Of a stretch of DNA of 64,000 bases, positions 22,800 to 35,944 are shown in pieces. The stretch is from Pecten maximus (taxonomy: Eukaryota): contig NC_047020.1 of the NCBI RefSeq assembly GCF_902652985.1, positions 31,992,001-32,056,000 on the forward strand, read 5' to 3'. Position numbers and translations under genes: made by a program. The notes under the pieces were generated by a model that worked only from the letters and a program-made list of their open reading frames with translations, was not told the origin of the DNA and did not search any database. Within the stretch, counting starts at the first letter, position 1. Every line of letters begins with the position of its first letter.

Positions 22800-25700
22800 T
22801 TTTTTCTTTGGGGCATACACTGGTTCCTCCTCTTGCTCCTCTCCATTGACTCCATCAACTTTATTCTCCATCGACAATGCAGCTAGTTCAGCAGCAACAT
22901 CATCCTCCCTGTTCAATGTTAGGAACATGTTTTACATAAACAGACATGAAGTCACTTTGAAATGACCATAAACTATTGTCATACTTTGTATGTGACACTT
23001 CTTTGTGAAAACATATTGAACTAAAAAATGAGCATATTAACTATGAAGAGTTCTAGACATATTATCAACTGACCTGGTTCACCTTCCTTAATGACTAAAG
23101 CTGTTGGTAGGATGTTAAACAATACACAATCAAAAGACCTGATTTGGTCAGAAGAATCCTGACGTTTGTCCTATCATATCAAAAAATCAATTTTTAAATG
23201 CTACAATTAATGTACAAAGATACATTATTCTTTTATACAAATGTGATAACTACACAATAAAACTGAACTCAGTTTTTCTACTTGATGGTCCTTGAAAGCA
23301 TTTTTTCGCCTTTGGTTTTGACCTGATTACTGTAGGGGACATTCAATGATATAGCCAAATACTGCCCTTATGAACACATTAAAATAAAATTTACCAATCA
23401 TCATCATCCTTTTTCCTCCTGCTCTTCTTTTTTCCTGCTGACTTTGTTGCTGGTTTAACATTTTCCTCGTTTGCTTTTTCTGAATTTAAGACTGGGTCTG
23501 GAATATCATCATCACTACAAAGAAAAACATAATTTTTAGGTCAAGTTGTCAGACTGTATGGCTTATATCAGATTTATAATTATTTCTAATAAAGTACTCA
23601 AAAAAAAAAAGAAACAAACAAAATTAATTCCCAAATGAAATCTATGTTGTCCTTGACAGGCTCTACAGGTACATCCATACCCTACATTAGGACAATAACA
23701 CAATATCTCTCTGAACTGTAGACCACTAAAGAAACTTGCACCAAAATTTAAACCAACTGTTGACAGACAGACGGATGACTAGACAGCTGGTTGGACACAA
23801 ATGTATGCCTATCGTTGACTAATAATAACAAGGGCCCAATGGGCCCAAATCGCTCACCTGCAATGCAGTGATCTTTTCATTTATGGATCCTGCAGTTATT
23901 TGAAAGCATGCTACAGGACCAATATAATGTCTCTCTGCACTTTGGCTTTTCACTAAAAGTCATTTAAAGATTTAAGCATACTTGATCTACGTGACCTTGA
24001 ATGTGAGTCAGGGTCATTCATTTGAACAAACTTGGTAGCCCTTCACCCCAGCATGCTACAGACCCAATATCAACTCCCTGGGACTCTTGGTTATTGAAAA
24101 GAAGTCATTTAAAGATTTTAGCCTTTTTGACCCCTGTGACCTTGCATGAAGGTCAAGGTCATTCATTTGAACAAACTTAGTAGCCCTTTACCCCAGCATA
24201 CTACAAACCCAATATCAACTCCCTGGGACTCTTGGTTATTGAGAAGAAGTCGTTTAAAGATTTTAGCCTTTTTGACTCCTGTGACCTTGAATGAAGGTCA
24301 AGGTCATTCATTTGAACAAACTTGGGAGCCCTTCACCCCAGCATGCTACAGGCCAAATATTAGGTCTCTGGGACTCTTAGTTATTGAGAAGAAGTCGTTT
24401 AAAGATTTTAACCTTTTTGACTCCTGTGACCTTGAATGAAGGTCAAGGTCATTCATTTGAACAAACTTGGTAGCCCTTCACCCCAGCATGCTACACACCC
24501 AATATCAACTCCCTGGGACTCTTGGTTATTCAGAAGAAGTCGTTTAAAGATTTTAGCCTGTTTGATTCCTGTGACCTTGAATGAAGGTCAAGGTCATTCA
24601 TTTGAACAAAATTGGTAGCCCTTCACCCCAGCATGCTACAGACCCAATATCAACTCCCTGGGTCTTTTGGCTATTTAGAAGAAGTAGTTTAATTTTTTTT
24701 TAGCATATTTGACCCCTTTGACCTTGAATGAAAGTCAAGGTCATTCATTTGAACAAACTTGGTAGCCCTTCACCCCAGCATGCTACAGACCCAATATCAA
24801 CTCCCTGGGACAGTTGGTTATTGAGAAGAAGTCGTTTAAAGATTTTAGCCTTTTTGACCCCTGTGACCTTGAATGAAGGTCAACATTATTCATTTGAACA
24901 AACTTGGTAGCCCTTCACCCAGCATGCTACAGACCCAATATCAACTCCCTGGGACTCTTGGTTATTGAGAAGAAGTCATTTAAAGATTTTAGCCTTTTTG
25001 ACCCCTGTGACCTTGAATGAAGGTCAAGGTCATTCATTTGAACAAACTTGGTAGCCCTTTACCCCAGCATACAACAAACCCAATATCAACTCCCTGGGAC
25101 TCTTGGTTATTGAGAAGAAGTCGTTTAAAGATTTTAGCCTTTTTGACTCCTGTGACCTTGAATGAAGGTCAAGGTCATTCATTTGAACAAACTTGGGAGC
25201 CCTTCTCCCCAGCATGCTACAGGCCAAATATTAGGTCTCTGGGACTCTTAGTTATTGAGAAGAAGTCGTTTAAATATTTTAGCCTTTTTGACTCCTGTGA
25301 CCTTGAATGAAGGTCAAGGTCATTCATTTGAACAAACTTGGTAGCCCTTCACCCCAGCATGCTACAGACCCAATATCAACTCCCTGGGACTCTTGGTTAT
25401 TCAGAAGAAGTCATTTAAAGATTTTAGCCTTTTTGATTCCTGTGACCTTGAATGAAGGTCAAGGTCATTCATTTGAACCAAGGTGATTCATTTGAACAAA
25501 CTTGGTAGCCCTTCACCCCAGCATGCTACAGGTCCAAGATTAGGTCTCTGGGCCTTTTGGTTATTGAGAAGAAGTTGTTTGAATGGAAAAGTTGACGCCG
25601 GACGGACGACGGACGCCGCGCCACGGCATAAGCTCACTTGCCCTTCGGGCAGGTGAGCTAATAAACTAATAAACACCAATGTTTTCTAATTGATTTGGTC

Positions 25701-27096
25701 ATCACAGTATGAATGTTTATGTTTTTGTTGAGATCAATAAGAATTCTACCTGGACATCAAATTTTGAAAAGAATATATACTTATATATATAGGAAGCAGA
25801 AGACGTGTAGACAAAGAGTCTGTATATTGTGATTCAAGAACAGTAAGTCGGATTAGCAATCTATCCATGAATCGAAGTGCACTTGCAGGTAGGATGTAAG
25901 AATGGCACAATGTACTTGCTGCCCATGTCACTTCTGCATGATCCTAAGAGCAAAACAATTTTGGATTTTATTGTTTCTCCTCTTTCTAAACAGCTTTATG
26001 TCTCACATGACATAGCCTCATTTTGGTATTTTAATTGAGTTTTTTCCCTTGTGAGGAAGCGAGGCTTTGGGTTTTGCTCTCTGGTCAAGACATACATGTA
26101 TGTACTAGAGCCGTGGTACTCCTGCTTGAGGCACGGCATTCTGGAAGTGGAAAGACTGGTGTGGCTGTTGACAGTATAATGTAACTAAGTGGGATTTTTA
26201 CTGGGGATGTTGTCAGCAGTTACATGCTTTAGTGATGAGGTAACACAATAAAGTCAACGTCAGTTTGACACTATCAGAAGTAGTTAAATATGGATATTAG
26301 TGGGAATATACTGCACTCTCCCAAAACACACATGCATGCATCTCACACAAAAGGGAGTCTGTCCTTAAATCACCTTAGCTGTTCATGTTAATATGATATT
26401 AAACAATTTACAAACAGAAAAGAGGATTGGTGCACGATTAATTTTCCTCCTGTTAGTTTGGTGTCTACAGCTAGAACAGTGTTATATGGAGTAAGTGGAC
26501 ATGTACCCGGAATTGGTGGTCAGACTCAGGTTCAATACATACATATACATGTAGCTCAAGTGATTAAACAGGGTTCACCTGTGTGTAGTTTAGTTTGAAC
26601 TCTTTCTATTTTTTATGAGTAGTAAGTTACTTTGAATATATAATTTATCAATTATTCAGTGACATAATATAATCGGATAGGATTTCGTCATTTGGGAAAA
26701 TGCCACATAGGTGAAATTGATTTTTTTCCTTGTTTCAGTAAAAGTGTAAAATTTCATAGGAGAAGGAACGTTGGATGCTGGATTTCGTGTCATGTTTTAT
26801 ATACACTAACAAGAAAACCGATATTTAACGGACATGATTCACAAACAAAACAAACCCATACTGACACAGGTTCAATTTTTTAAAAGTAAGCCAGATAGTT
26901 GACACTAAACAATCAAAGAGGTGATAATTCAAATCAGCTGTCACAAAATATGTGTATCCATTTATAAACATTATCAGTACCACGATATTGCACCATCGCA
27001 GAACTTTTCACGTATGGAACCGGGTAACAATAACATAGTGTACACTTACAACTCTTCATCCTGCCCCTTTTTCCCTTTGTTCTTTGGTTTACCCAT
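22800..27096 (-). CDS. EIF5B: First three coding exons of a probable eIF5B gene (27096-27050, 23514-23395, 22908-22800); rest not found in window
   Basis: GT-AG exons join in phase (2,2,0) to MGKPKNKGKKGQDEEFDDDIPDPVLNSEKANEENVKPATKSAGKKKSRRKKDDDDWEDDVAAELAALSMENKVDGVNGEEQEEEPVYAPKKK. This resembles my recollection of the metazoan eIF5B N-terminus (MGKK..., KKK.D..EDD...EL..LS.E). The sequence is low-complexity, so the identity is less certain than the exon structure. Confidence 0.6.
23827..25660 (-). mobile_element. Complete HINE with ~11 tandem 146-bp core repeats, inside intron 1
   Basis: Same hairpin as at 22343 (25631-25659), GGAC/GAC microsatellite, and opposite end AACAA-GGGCCCAATGGGCCC-AAATC-GCTCACCTG (palindrome + subTIR). 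Confidence 0.9.
26050..26410 (+). mobile_element. Possible decayed SINE
   Basis: GGTCAAGAC...CTCCTGCTT..GCACGGCATT...CAGTATAATGT.ACT..GTGG...AGTG..G..ACA.TAAAG resembles conserved invertebrate SINE central domains, with a ...ATTAAACAA tail. Recognised from memory only. Confidence 0.35.
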
Positions 27097-27099
27097 TCT

Positions 27100-27260
27100 T
27101 CTAGAACGAATATCATGAATTCTAGATACTGTCTCTCAAGTTTTACTGAAAAATTATATTTTTTTCCGTGTCAAAGGCCTTCAATATTGTCGATTCTCGA
27201 CTTCTATGTGCGCATGGAGTCGACGTTTCCGGTTGCAATGAATACTGGGATAGGGGAGCA
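27100..27260 (-). promoter_or_regulatory. Promoter/5' leader of the eIF5B-like gene
   Basis: Local CpG enrichment. Minus-strand CCGGAAA (ETS-like) and ATGCGCAC (NRF1-like half site) just upstream of the ATG. Confidence 0.45.
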
Positions 27261-28284
27261 AACAGTGATCATATTATGATGATCAGGGATCATTTATTAT
27301 TTGGAATGACGGTGATCTACGGTATAACATATATACTTCTATAAGATTTACAATAAAATAATTACTACGTCCTACCAAAAACATGATCTCATCAAGTATA
27401 TTGGAATATATAAAGAAAACTAAATGATATATAGCCAGTTTAGCCCCTCCCACTGGTGGTCTGGCTTTGGTGGTTGATTATCACTGGGTGACTTCAATAG
27501 ACCTGTATCACTGTACAATTAGAGGAATCTTTAATATTCAACATTTCCCTCATTTTTGACCAAATTATAAATTAACATGAAGATATCCTATATAGATATA
27601 TTATATGTTTATAACTAAGAATGAATCTTAACATCTCTCACTTCTTCTGCTTAGTAAACTCTGACTGCGAATAAATTAGCATATACGCAGTGAAAAAAGC
27701 TCAGCGGTTTAATAAGCCCGGGAATCGGTAATATAATTATGACGTCGTCTATTTGAGACGTTACAGGAACGTCAACTAGACGGCATCATTTTGAAAGGAC
27801 TGATCAACGCAATTTTAACGTTTTATCCTTGTACCCAATGATCTCTGCACAAAAAGCTAACATCAAGTGAGTATTTTGTCGAAAACTAAACTGAATATTG
27901 CGGAAATGAGTGCATATTTAACTTTTCCACGATCTAAGCTAACAATAAATGGTTGAAGCGTACATTTCCTAGAGAACATTTTGACCCCGTCACTACTAAA
28001 TCTGTGTCAATACACGCTGTACTTGACAACCATAGTTAATTCGAGACGGAAAAAGTGGATTGTAAATATATCAATTAATTAAAACGTAAAAGGTATTAAA
28101 CAAAAATGTTGAGTTGTTTCTATTAATTTTGTTAACAATATTAATACTGGTGTCTTTGCGTTGATTCACTGGAACTATATTATCTTAGCAACCTTGGCTG
28201 CCATAGCTACCAACGTCGCAACACACCGTGCATTTTATTTTCTTCGTACTGTATTTTAACGATTTGTTTGATGTAAATGTAAGA

Positions 28285-28473
28285 ATTGTACCTCATTTTG
28301 ACAGTGCATACGGTAGATTCTAGTATGCCCGCAGTTTGCAACGATCATATCCTATGGAGCGCTACTGCGTATACGGTAGTATGTCCGCAGTTGGAAACGA
28401 TCATATCCTATAGGATATGTTCGCTGCCAGCTGCGGGCATACTACCGAATATGCAGTCAAAATGAGGTACAAT
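28285..28473. repeat. Fold-back inverted repeat with internal duplication (MITE core)
   Basis: ATTGTACCTCATTTTGAC..GCATA...TAGTATGCCCGCAG arm versus CTGCGGGCATACTA..TATGCAGTCAAAATGAGGTACAAT. Confidence 0.75.
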
Positions 28474-29099
28474 CCTTTTCCGCCTATCCTGACCTTAGAC
28501 ATACAGTTAAAATATCACGTGACTTATTGTGATTCCCACAGTACCCAAATAGATCGCCATGGACCGCTTATGAAGTCATCGCTTAAACAAAGCGAATTGA
28601 TCAATTAGACAGAAATTTTACACTTTCTATCCATGGATGTGTCTTGTCGACGTGTTAGTTTCTTTACGTTCTACTTTATTTAATTTTCTATCCAAATGAA
28701 AACTGAAAATTAATTTCAACAGGGTTTCGATTGGATCTATGATTAGAAAAATGTAAATAAGAGTGATACTGTTTTAAATATAAAAAAAATAACAATGAAC
28801 CATCAAAATAAGCTATTATTATAAATACTAAATAGTGAGTCTACTTAATTTTAAATTACAATATGTTTTCAACTACGGGTTTTCATTTTTTAATACCAGA
28901 CCATCAGAGGAGCACTTTTTAAGAATATGATTTTAGTCTGTACATAGGGTAAAAAACAATGAGACATTGTAAAACTTGGTCCTCCGATGAACTCTTTAAA
29001 AAAAATAAGTTTGGAGAAAATAGATATTAGTCTGTGATAAAACTGGTATTGAGGAACCTCTGATTGACATTCTGGTTTATAGGATTTGTTGTATGTGGA

Positions 29100-29380
29100 C
29101 CCACAACAAGAACAAGTTTAAGTTTGGGCCTGACAGTTGCTCTACCACTCTATAAAATGATACGTTTGTATATTTTTCATTTGACTCTAGGATTTCGTCT
29201 GAGAAAGTTATATATTGATTTTTGCATTTTATGCTTTAATGCATTGTTTATATGCTCTTTTATTTTAAGTTTTGTTTTAATAGCAATGCCTAGATATTTT
29301 ACTGAACTAACAGAAGATAGAACCTTGCTGTGGAGAATATAGTTATATTTTAGGAAATTATGCATATAGTTCAGACAGTA
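29100..29380 (-). pseudogene. LINE reverse transcriptase C-terminal fragment
   Basis: VSSVKYLGIAI...HIN...NFLRRN motif series. Confidence 0.55.
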
Positions 29381-31199
29381 TACTACAATTTAAGGATGGA
29401 ATGAAATATATACAATGTATATATATATATGAAAAAAAAAACAATGAGCAGCGGCACCTATATGTCTCCTTGTAATTAACAGTGTCTGATTCAGAACTGA
29501 TAGTTTGATAATGACACTGTCATCAATGGGCGGGTGTATTCGGTGAAATCTTGTCAAACGTAAAATGCAATGCCTCATCACTGGATTTAAGGATTTAAGG
29601 CGTGAAATACACTAGAATGCAGGATTTTGCATTTACCTGCTAACATTTTTTCCAGGGGAGTACCCCCGACCCCCCGTAATTTGGCACGCTCCCCCCCCCC
29701 CCCCCCCCTCCCCCTCCTGTATCCGACCTTGCTCATTGTATTCTCCGTTTACTTTCCTGACAGGAAATGGAATCTCTAGCGGCCTTGCTCTTTTGTCGTG
29801 TATTAATTTTCAATATAATTTCTATCTTATTTCTATTCCATGATTATAATCAATGCAATACACCAAACTTGTCTCTTCTCTTTATATCAACCGACGCGCT
29901 AATCTTATTCCGATTTACCAGAGTTGCTTCCCTTTGTACGACTAACTCGTGTTTGCCCTGCAGATTGGTGAAATGTTTGTTTGTGATGGCATGTAGATCA
30001 ATTTTGGATATTATGGAAATTCATTTTTTTTCAAGATGGCCGACAAAACTAAGATGGCCGCCATTATTAACAATTCAGTAATGTATTTTGGATTCCATCA
30101 TTATTGTTACTGGTACATGTCTAAATCTTGTAACTGTTCTCAACTGACAACTTTAATAATTGAACATATGATAAATTTCCAATATGATTGATAACTGATA
30201 GTCAATTATATAAAATTATGTATTTATTTAATCATGTTTTCTTTCTAAAACATTATGTATATGTATACAAGACATGCCCATTTCTTCAATGGCGATACAC
30301 ATATATAATATAGGTAATTTTGGCTACTTGAAAATATTAACATATTTCTCCTTTTTCTCGAATGCTAATGAGCTTAAATTCTTTGCGTTTATACCAAATT
30401 TGGTTATAACTCGCTGTATACGTAAAAAAACATTAAAATTCCATTTCTCGGATTTTAATGGTTCCCGCCTTATACGCCTACACATTAACACTATATTTGG
30501 AAAAAGACAATCACGTGACAAAATAGTAACCATTACGCATAAAGCATCATAGTTTCAAAGTCCAACCAATCACACGAATTAAGTATAGACACGTGCAACG
30601 TGTTCCTACGTATTCATTATAATCTATGCACGTGCCGTTTTTGTGCAACATTGGATCCAGCCACACATGGCTTGGAAATTAAGATAAAGGGAGCAAATAC
30701 TAGAATATCAAACCAACTGGGACATGTAAATAAAGAACGGTAGGGAAAGTAGGGATGCTACTATCTAGAAATGGAAAATTAACAACTGGGAAATTGGCAT
30801 GATCCATTTTTTTTCTCATTTTTATTTTTATTTTTCCAAGTTCAACAAACAATATTACATTCAACTAATTAACCCGGAGGTCAAAGCGGAAAGTGTAACT
30901 TCCACAGAGGTTACTAATGAGCATCGTTATTGTGATCCATCTCCATACTTATCATACAGTTCAGTTGTAAGCTGTAGATACTTGTTACACTCTAAGTAAA
31001 GAACTCGGTAAGCGGCTTTGATGTTGAAGATTCTTTAGTGCCATTGAATTTAAGTTCGACGGGGCGATGGCCATGGGCAATTGGAGAATATTTTTTAATA
31101 TTATATTAATATGTCAATATTATCATAACGTCAATAATTCTAAATGATGAATTGAATATCTGCCAGATCTTTGTTGTCTGTTCTGATATGCCTTTTATT

Positions 31200-31693
31200 A
31201 GAATAAGCCTAAAAAGTGGGTTTTGGTGCCAAAAAAATAAGTCCACTAAATTGTAAAATGCCAAAAAAAAGAATGTGATTTTTTTTCTGCGCATGATTTT
31301 GCCATAACATCACTCCTGGACCTCTAATGAATGTATAAACCAAATTAAAAGGGTGTGAGGTGTATACTTTTGGACTTACAAGCTTTCCAAAAACTTGCCC
31401 CAAAAACTTTAAAGTGGGTTTTGGTGCCAAAAAAGTTAAGTCCACTAAATGGTAAAATGCGAAAAAAATCACAAATCTTTTCTACATGATTTTGCACTAA
31501 CACCACTCCTAGACCTCTAATGAATGTATAAACTAAATTAGGAGGGTGTGAGGTGTATACTTTTGGAATTACAAGCTTTCCAAAAACTTATCCCAAAAAC
31601 TTTATAGTGGGGTGGGACGCCGACACCAACGCCAACGCGGACGCCGGGGGTACAGCATTAACTCACGGTTACTCGTAACCGGTGAGCTAAAAA
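31200..31693 (-). mobile_element. Truncated HINE
   Basis: Hairpin ACTCAC-GGTTAC-TC-GTAACC-GGTGAGCT plus A-run (31661-31693), (GACGCC)-like microsatellite, two ~198-bp repeats. Confidence 0.75.
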
Positions 31694-31719
31694 TATGTGT
31701 TTTCTAAGAAACATTGATC

Positions 31720-32500
31720 GTAATATCTCGGAATAACGACATGTTTATTTCCGTTGAGTTATCTCGTAACATTTTACGACATAAATATTGTGACTTGACC
31801 TAGTTACCTCATAACATTTTATGACTTAGTTATCTCGTCAATACGACTTAGCTATTTGATATTTCGACATAGCTATTGCGTTACATTTTACGACATAGTT
31901 ATCTCGTAATTTTGGCTTAGTTATCGCATGACAATTACGACTTTGTTATCTGTTAATTTGATTTGGATATCACGTGACATTTTACGACTAAGTTATCTGT
32001 TAATTCGATTTGGTTATCGCGTGACATTTTACGACATAGTTATCTGATAATTACGACTATTCAACTAGTATTTCGATTTGTTTATCGCGTGACATTTTAC
32101 GACATAATTATTTTATAATTACGACTTAGTTATCTGTTAGTTCGATTTGGATATCACGTGACATTTTACGACATAGTTATCATATATTTACGACTTAGTT
32201 ATCTAGTATTTCGACTTAGTCATAGCGTGACATTTTACGACATAGTTACCTCTTGATTAGTAATTAATTATTGCACGACATTTTACAACATAGCTATCTT
32301 GTAATTACGACTAAGTTATCGCTTTGTATTTTACAACATAGCTATCTTGTAATTACGACTTAGTTATCGCGTGAAATTTTACGACATATCTATCTTGTTG
32401 TTACGGCTAAATTACCGCTTGACATTGAATGGCATATTTATCTCGTAAATACGAGTTATCTCCAAATCATAAATCGTAATTAAGACCCTATCATCTCGTA
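31720..32500. repeat. Degenerate 20-23-bp minisatellite
   Basis: Recurring TTACGAC(T/A)TAGTTATC and GTGACATTTTACGAC. Confidence 0.8.
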
Positions 32501-32641
32501 ATCGCAACAATGTGATGACTGTAATGATCAATTTGAGTCGATCCTTGATTTTGTAGACACCCATTGACAGCAATTTTCGAATTGCATAACACATATAACT
32601 ATAGCTTATTCTTTTTTTCTATCGATCATGACCAAGGGAAC

Positions 32642-32695
32642 GATTCTTAAGCTGCTAAACACGACCCTTGTTGAGTGTTTGGCAGCTTAAGAATC
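32642..32695. repeat. Near-perfect hairpin
   Basis: GATTCTTAAGCTGCTAAACAC...GTGTTTGGCAGCTTAAGAATC. Confidence 0.8.
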
Positions 32696-33104
32696 TTACT
32701 TCGATGATTGCGACACTCCTATCTCGCTACCAAGGGGATGAATGACGATTTTTTTCTTACACTGTTTAAATATTGCCGGTACATTAATGTAAGGCACTAC
32801 TGGTGACGTGGCGTAAATGAATTGTCAATGTGACGTCATACAATTGTTGTGAACGGCATATGTTGCTTGTGTCAACCATAGGGCGAGATAAGAACATCTC
32901 ACAACTGTAAAAGTGTGGATTTCCCTGTCCAGGATAAGAGAAAACAGATTCAAACATGGGTCTGTTCCGGGGACAGGGATATCTCAACCTAAGTGCAAGA
33001 TTTTGACAAGTCAGCACGAGGCTTGCCGACGTTATGTTATTGAAAGCAGCGTCATATAGCGCGTGCCAGCTGTCTTTACCCAATGTGTGAGATCGATTTT
33101 TCTC

Positions 33105-33968
33105 ACACTAGGGAAAGATGACCCTTCATATGCTACAGTGAAAAGGCGGGCGGCGGAATTTAAGCGCGGCCGATAGAGCCTTGATGATGACCCCCGTCCT
33201 GGAAGGCCTGTCAATGTTGCAACCCCAGAGTTGGAAATGAAAAGAGTACATTCCATTCTGACCGAGGATCTTGCGATGAGAAAGCTTTCGGCCCGATGGA
33301 TACCAAGACTTCTGACAGTTGATCAGAAGCACACCAGGCGCCCATTATCGCGTGCTAATCTGAATCTTTTAGAGGAAGATCATGCCACCTGTCTTCAGTG
33401 ATTTGTCACTATGGATGAAACATGGGTCCATCATTTTACCCCAGAGGCCAAACAGCAATCGAAACAATGGAAGCATCCTGGCTCTCACCCGCCAAAGAAG
33501 GTTGTTCCATCAGCTGGGAAGGTTATGGCCACGGTTATCTGGGATGCGGATGGTATTCTGCTGATAGATTATCTCCAAAAGGGCCAAACAATCAATGGCA
33601 CACACTATGCTTCACTGCTGATGCACTTGCGGGAAAATATTAAACTTCAGCGCAGCGGAAAACTCACTAAAGTTGTGTTATTCCATCAGGACAATGCTCC
33701 CGTTCACAAGTCTGTCATTGCCATAGCTGCCATTCACGATTGTGGCTTTAAATTTATTGAATATCCGCCTGATTCACATGATCTCGCCTCATCAGACATT
33801 CATCTATTTTCAAAACTGAAAACAGCTATTTCAGGCACCAACTTTCAGTCCGATGATGACGTCATACATGCAGTGGATGACTTTCTGAACAGTCCAGAAA
33901 AGGAGTTCTATAAAAGTGGCACAGAGGACTTGATACTAAAGGGGATTACCGGGTATGTTGAAAAATAA
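33105..33968 (+). pseudogene. Decayed mariner (DD34D) transposase
   Basis: PSYATVKRRAAEFKRGR*SLDDDPRPGRP; MDETWVHHFTPE, FHQDNAPVH, YPPDSHDLASSDIHLF. Contains a stop, frameshifts and an internal deletion. Confidence 0.92.
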
Positions 33969-34019
33969 TACAATATGTCCGGCAAAATTCAAATTCTTCA
34001 ATTATTGACTTGACGTCAC

Positions 34020-34490
34020 TGTGCTGTTTCATTGAAGTCATACAGTTGTTATAAATGGGTAAAACGGGTTAAAACCAGACATTTTGGTTTTTGGTGATGG
34101 AATTATAGATCAATGGTTATTCTGACTGGGATTTGTTCATTTGTAAGTATGGGAGACAGTAATTAAAACTGTTCCGTAGATAGATATGCCATCCCTCGTG
34201 TAAGAGTGTGTCTGGCTAGAACTCAGCAAATCTCCTACTGACCAGTTGAACCCTTACAATGTAGACACACTTTGTATTTCAAGTAGTTAGTAGATAAGTA
34301 TATTATTTCATATGTTGTATTGTATTGATTATATGTATAATGAGATAACATTGTTTATAATGACGTTAGTATATACACTCTTGTATTTTCACGTTATTAC
34401 CCTGTAAGCCATGTACATTGTTCTGTCATATTGACCTCTTGTTACACACTTTGTGTGTCTTGAGTGAATAAAAAATCTTGAAATCTTGCT
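34020..34490 (+). mobile_element. LINE 3'-end fragment
   Basis: Degenerate coding-like stretch ending in AATAAA followed by an (AATCTTG)2 tail. Confidence 0.4.
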
Positions 34491-35443
34491 AAAAATAGAA
34501 AGGGATATGACGCGTTCAACAAACTTTATGTGATTCGGAAAAGTTAGAGAAGGCTCAACATGAAGCTTCTTGAATAATTACTGGGTTACCGTCATCTGCT
34601 AGAAACGATTCATTATATACAGAAACAGGTTTAGAATTACTTTCAGATAGGAGGAAAAGACGAAAACTGCAATTGATTTATAAAATGGATAGGCATCATA
34701 CACCAAATTTCATAACAAATTTACTTCCCACTACCGTTGGAAAAAACAGATGCGGTCTTAGAAATAGTGAAAATTATAGAATTCCAAACGTCTAATGATC
34801 TCTTACAAAGCAATCTTTTCTACCTTCATCTTTGATGATGTGGAATGCTCTTGGCGATGATATTAGATCCATGCCCTTCTCTTCTTTCAAGTCCGCTTTA
34901 ATTTCAAAAGTACATTATTCAGTCCCCCTTTACTATTTAAGAGGAGAACGAAAACTTAATATTATCCATTATCCATTATCCTAAATTGAGACACAATTGC
35001 AGTGCTCTCAAATATGATCTTTACTATGCAAACCTGGTTCAGGACTCAAATTGTATTAATTGTGGCTACCCTTGTGAGAATGCCTATCCCTTCTTTGAAT
35101 ACCAGACTTACTCAAATGCCCGTGCTGCCCTTTAATCATTAACGTAGTTTGAATATGAATATATCTCTAAGATTGCTGCTGTTTGGTAATGAAAATATGT
35201 CTTTGGATTTAAATTGTATTATGTAAATTTTATTAGATCCAGCGGAAGATTTTGAAATGTTTAATTATGATATTATGACTTTATACAAATTAGTATTTTA
35301 TTGATGTATTGTAATTAACAGTCTATGTTGTCATCTGTCTGTATAATTGTTGTAAGGAGATAGCTTCATAAGTTGCTATAACTTGTGTCGGATGCTTTTC
35401 ACCGATTTTGGTTAATAAAATATGTTTACAGTCAAAGTCAAAA
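34490..35443 (+). pseudogene. CR1-like LINE 3' end
   Basis: Fragments WNAL, YYLRGERKLNIIH, KLRHNCSALKYDL, CINCGYPCENAY; tail AATAAA...(AGTCAA)2. Confidence 0.7.
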
Positions 35444-35944
35444 GTTCCACAAACTTAACTAATGTAAGGGATGTGCAAATCACATACAAGGTTAATATCA
35501 AGGCTAGTTTTGACCTTTAAGTTCTGTTGACAATTCACTCGTGCAAATTAGAATTAGAAAAAGGCAATGATAAGATGTTTTCCAGACCTCAATCAAATAC
35601 ATCAGTAAATACTGTATAGTGTATACTATAAGTAAGACAGACAACTTATGGGTAATCAGCAGAATTAAGAAGAGTAATACGCCAGTAATTTCCGACACTA
35701 ATTCGGCAGTTTGGATGTATGTCAACTGTGCTATCCACTCATATTTGTCCGGGATTTCCTCAAGTATCCTCTTAATACGAGCTGTGCATAATTTCCGCAG
35801 CACGTGCCAACTAGCTGCCTTCTAAGGGTTTGAATTTGCCGTTTTAAACTTATAGCTTCCGGTTAAGTGTTTGAATATTTTTCTATCATAAACGAGTTTA
35901 TCGACAGTATGGTATCCTCCATTTGCACTGCATATAACATATGG

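Noticed and set aside
21614-25679. Repeated MKVKVI... ORFs
   Set aside because: Translations of HINE core repeats.
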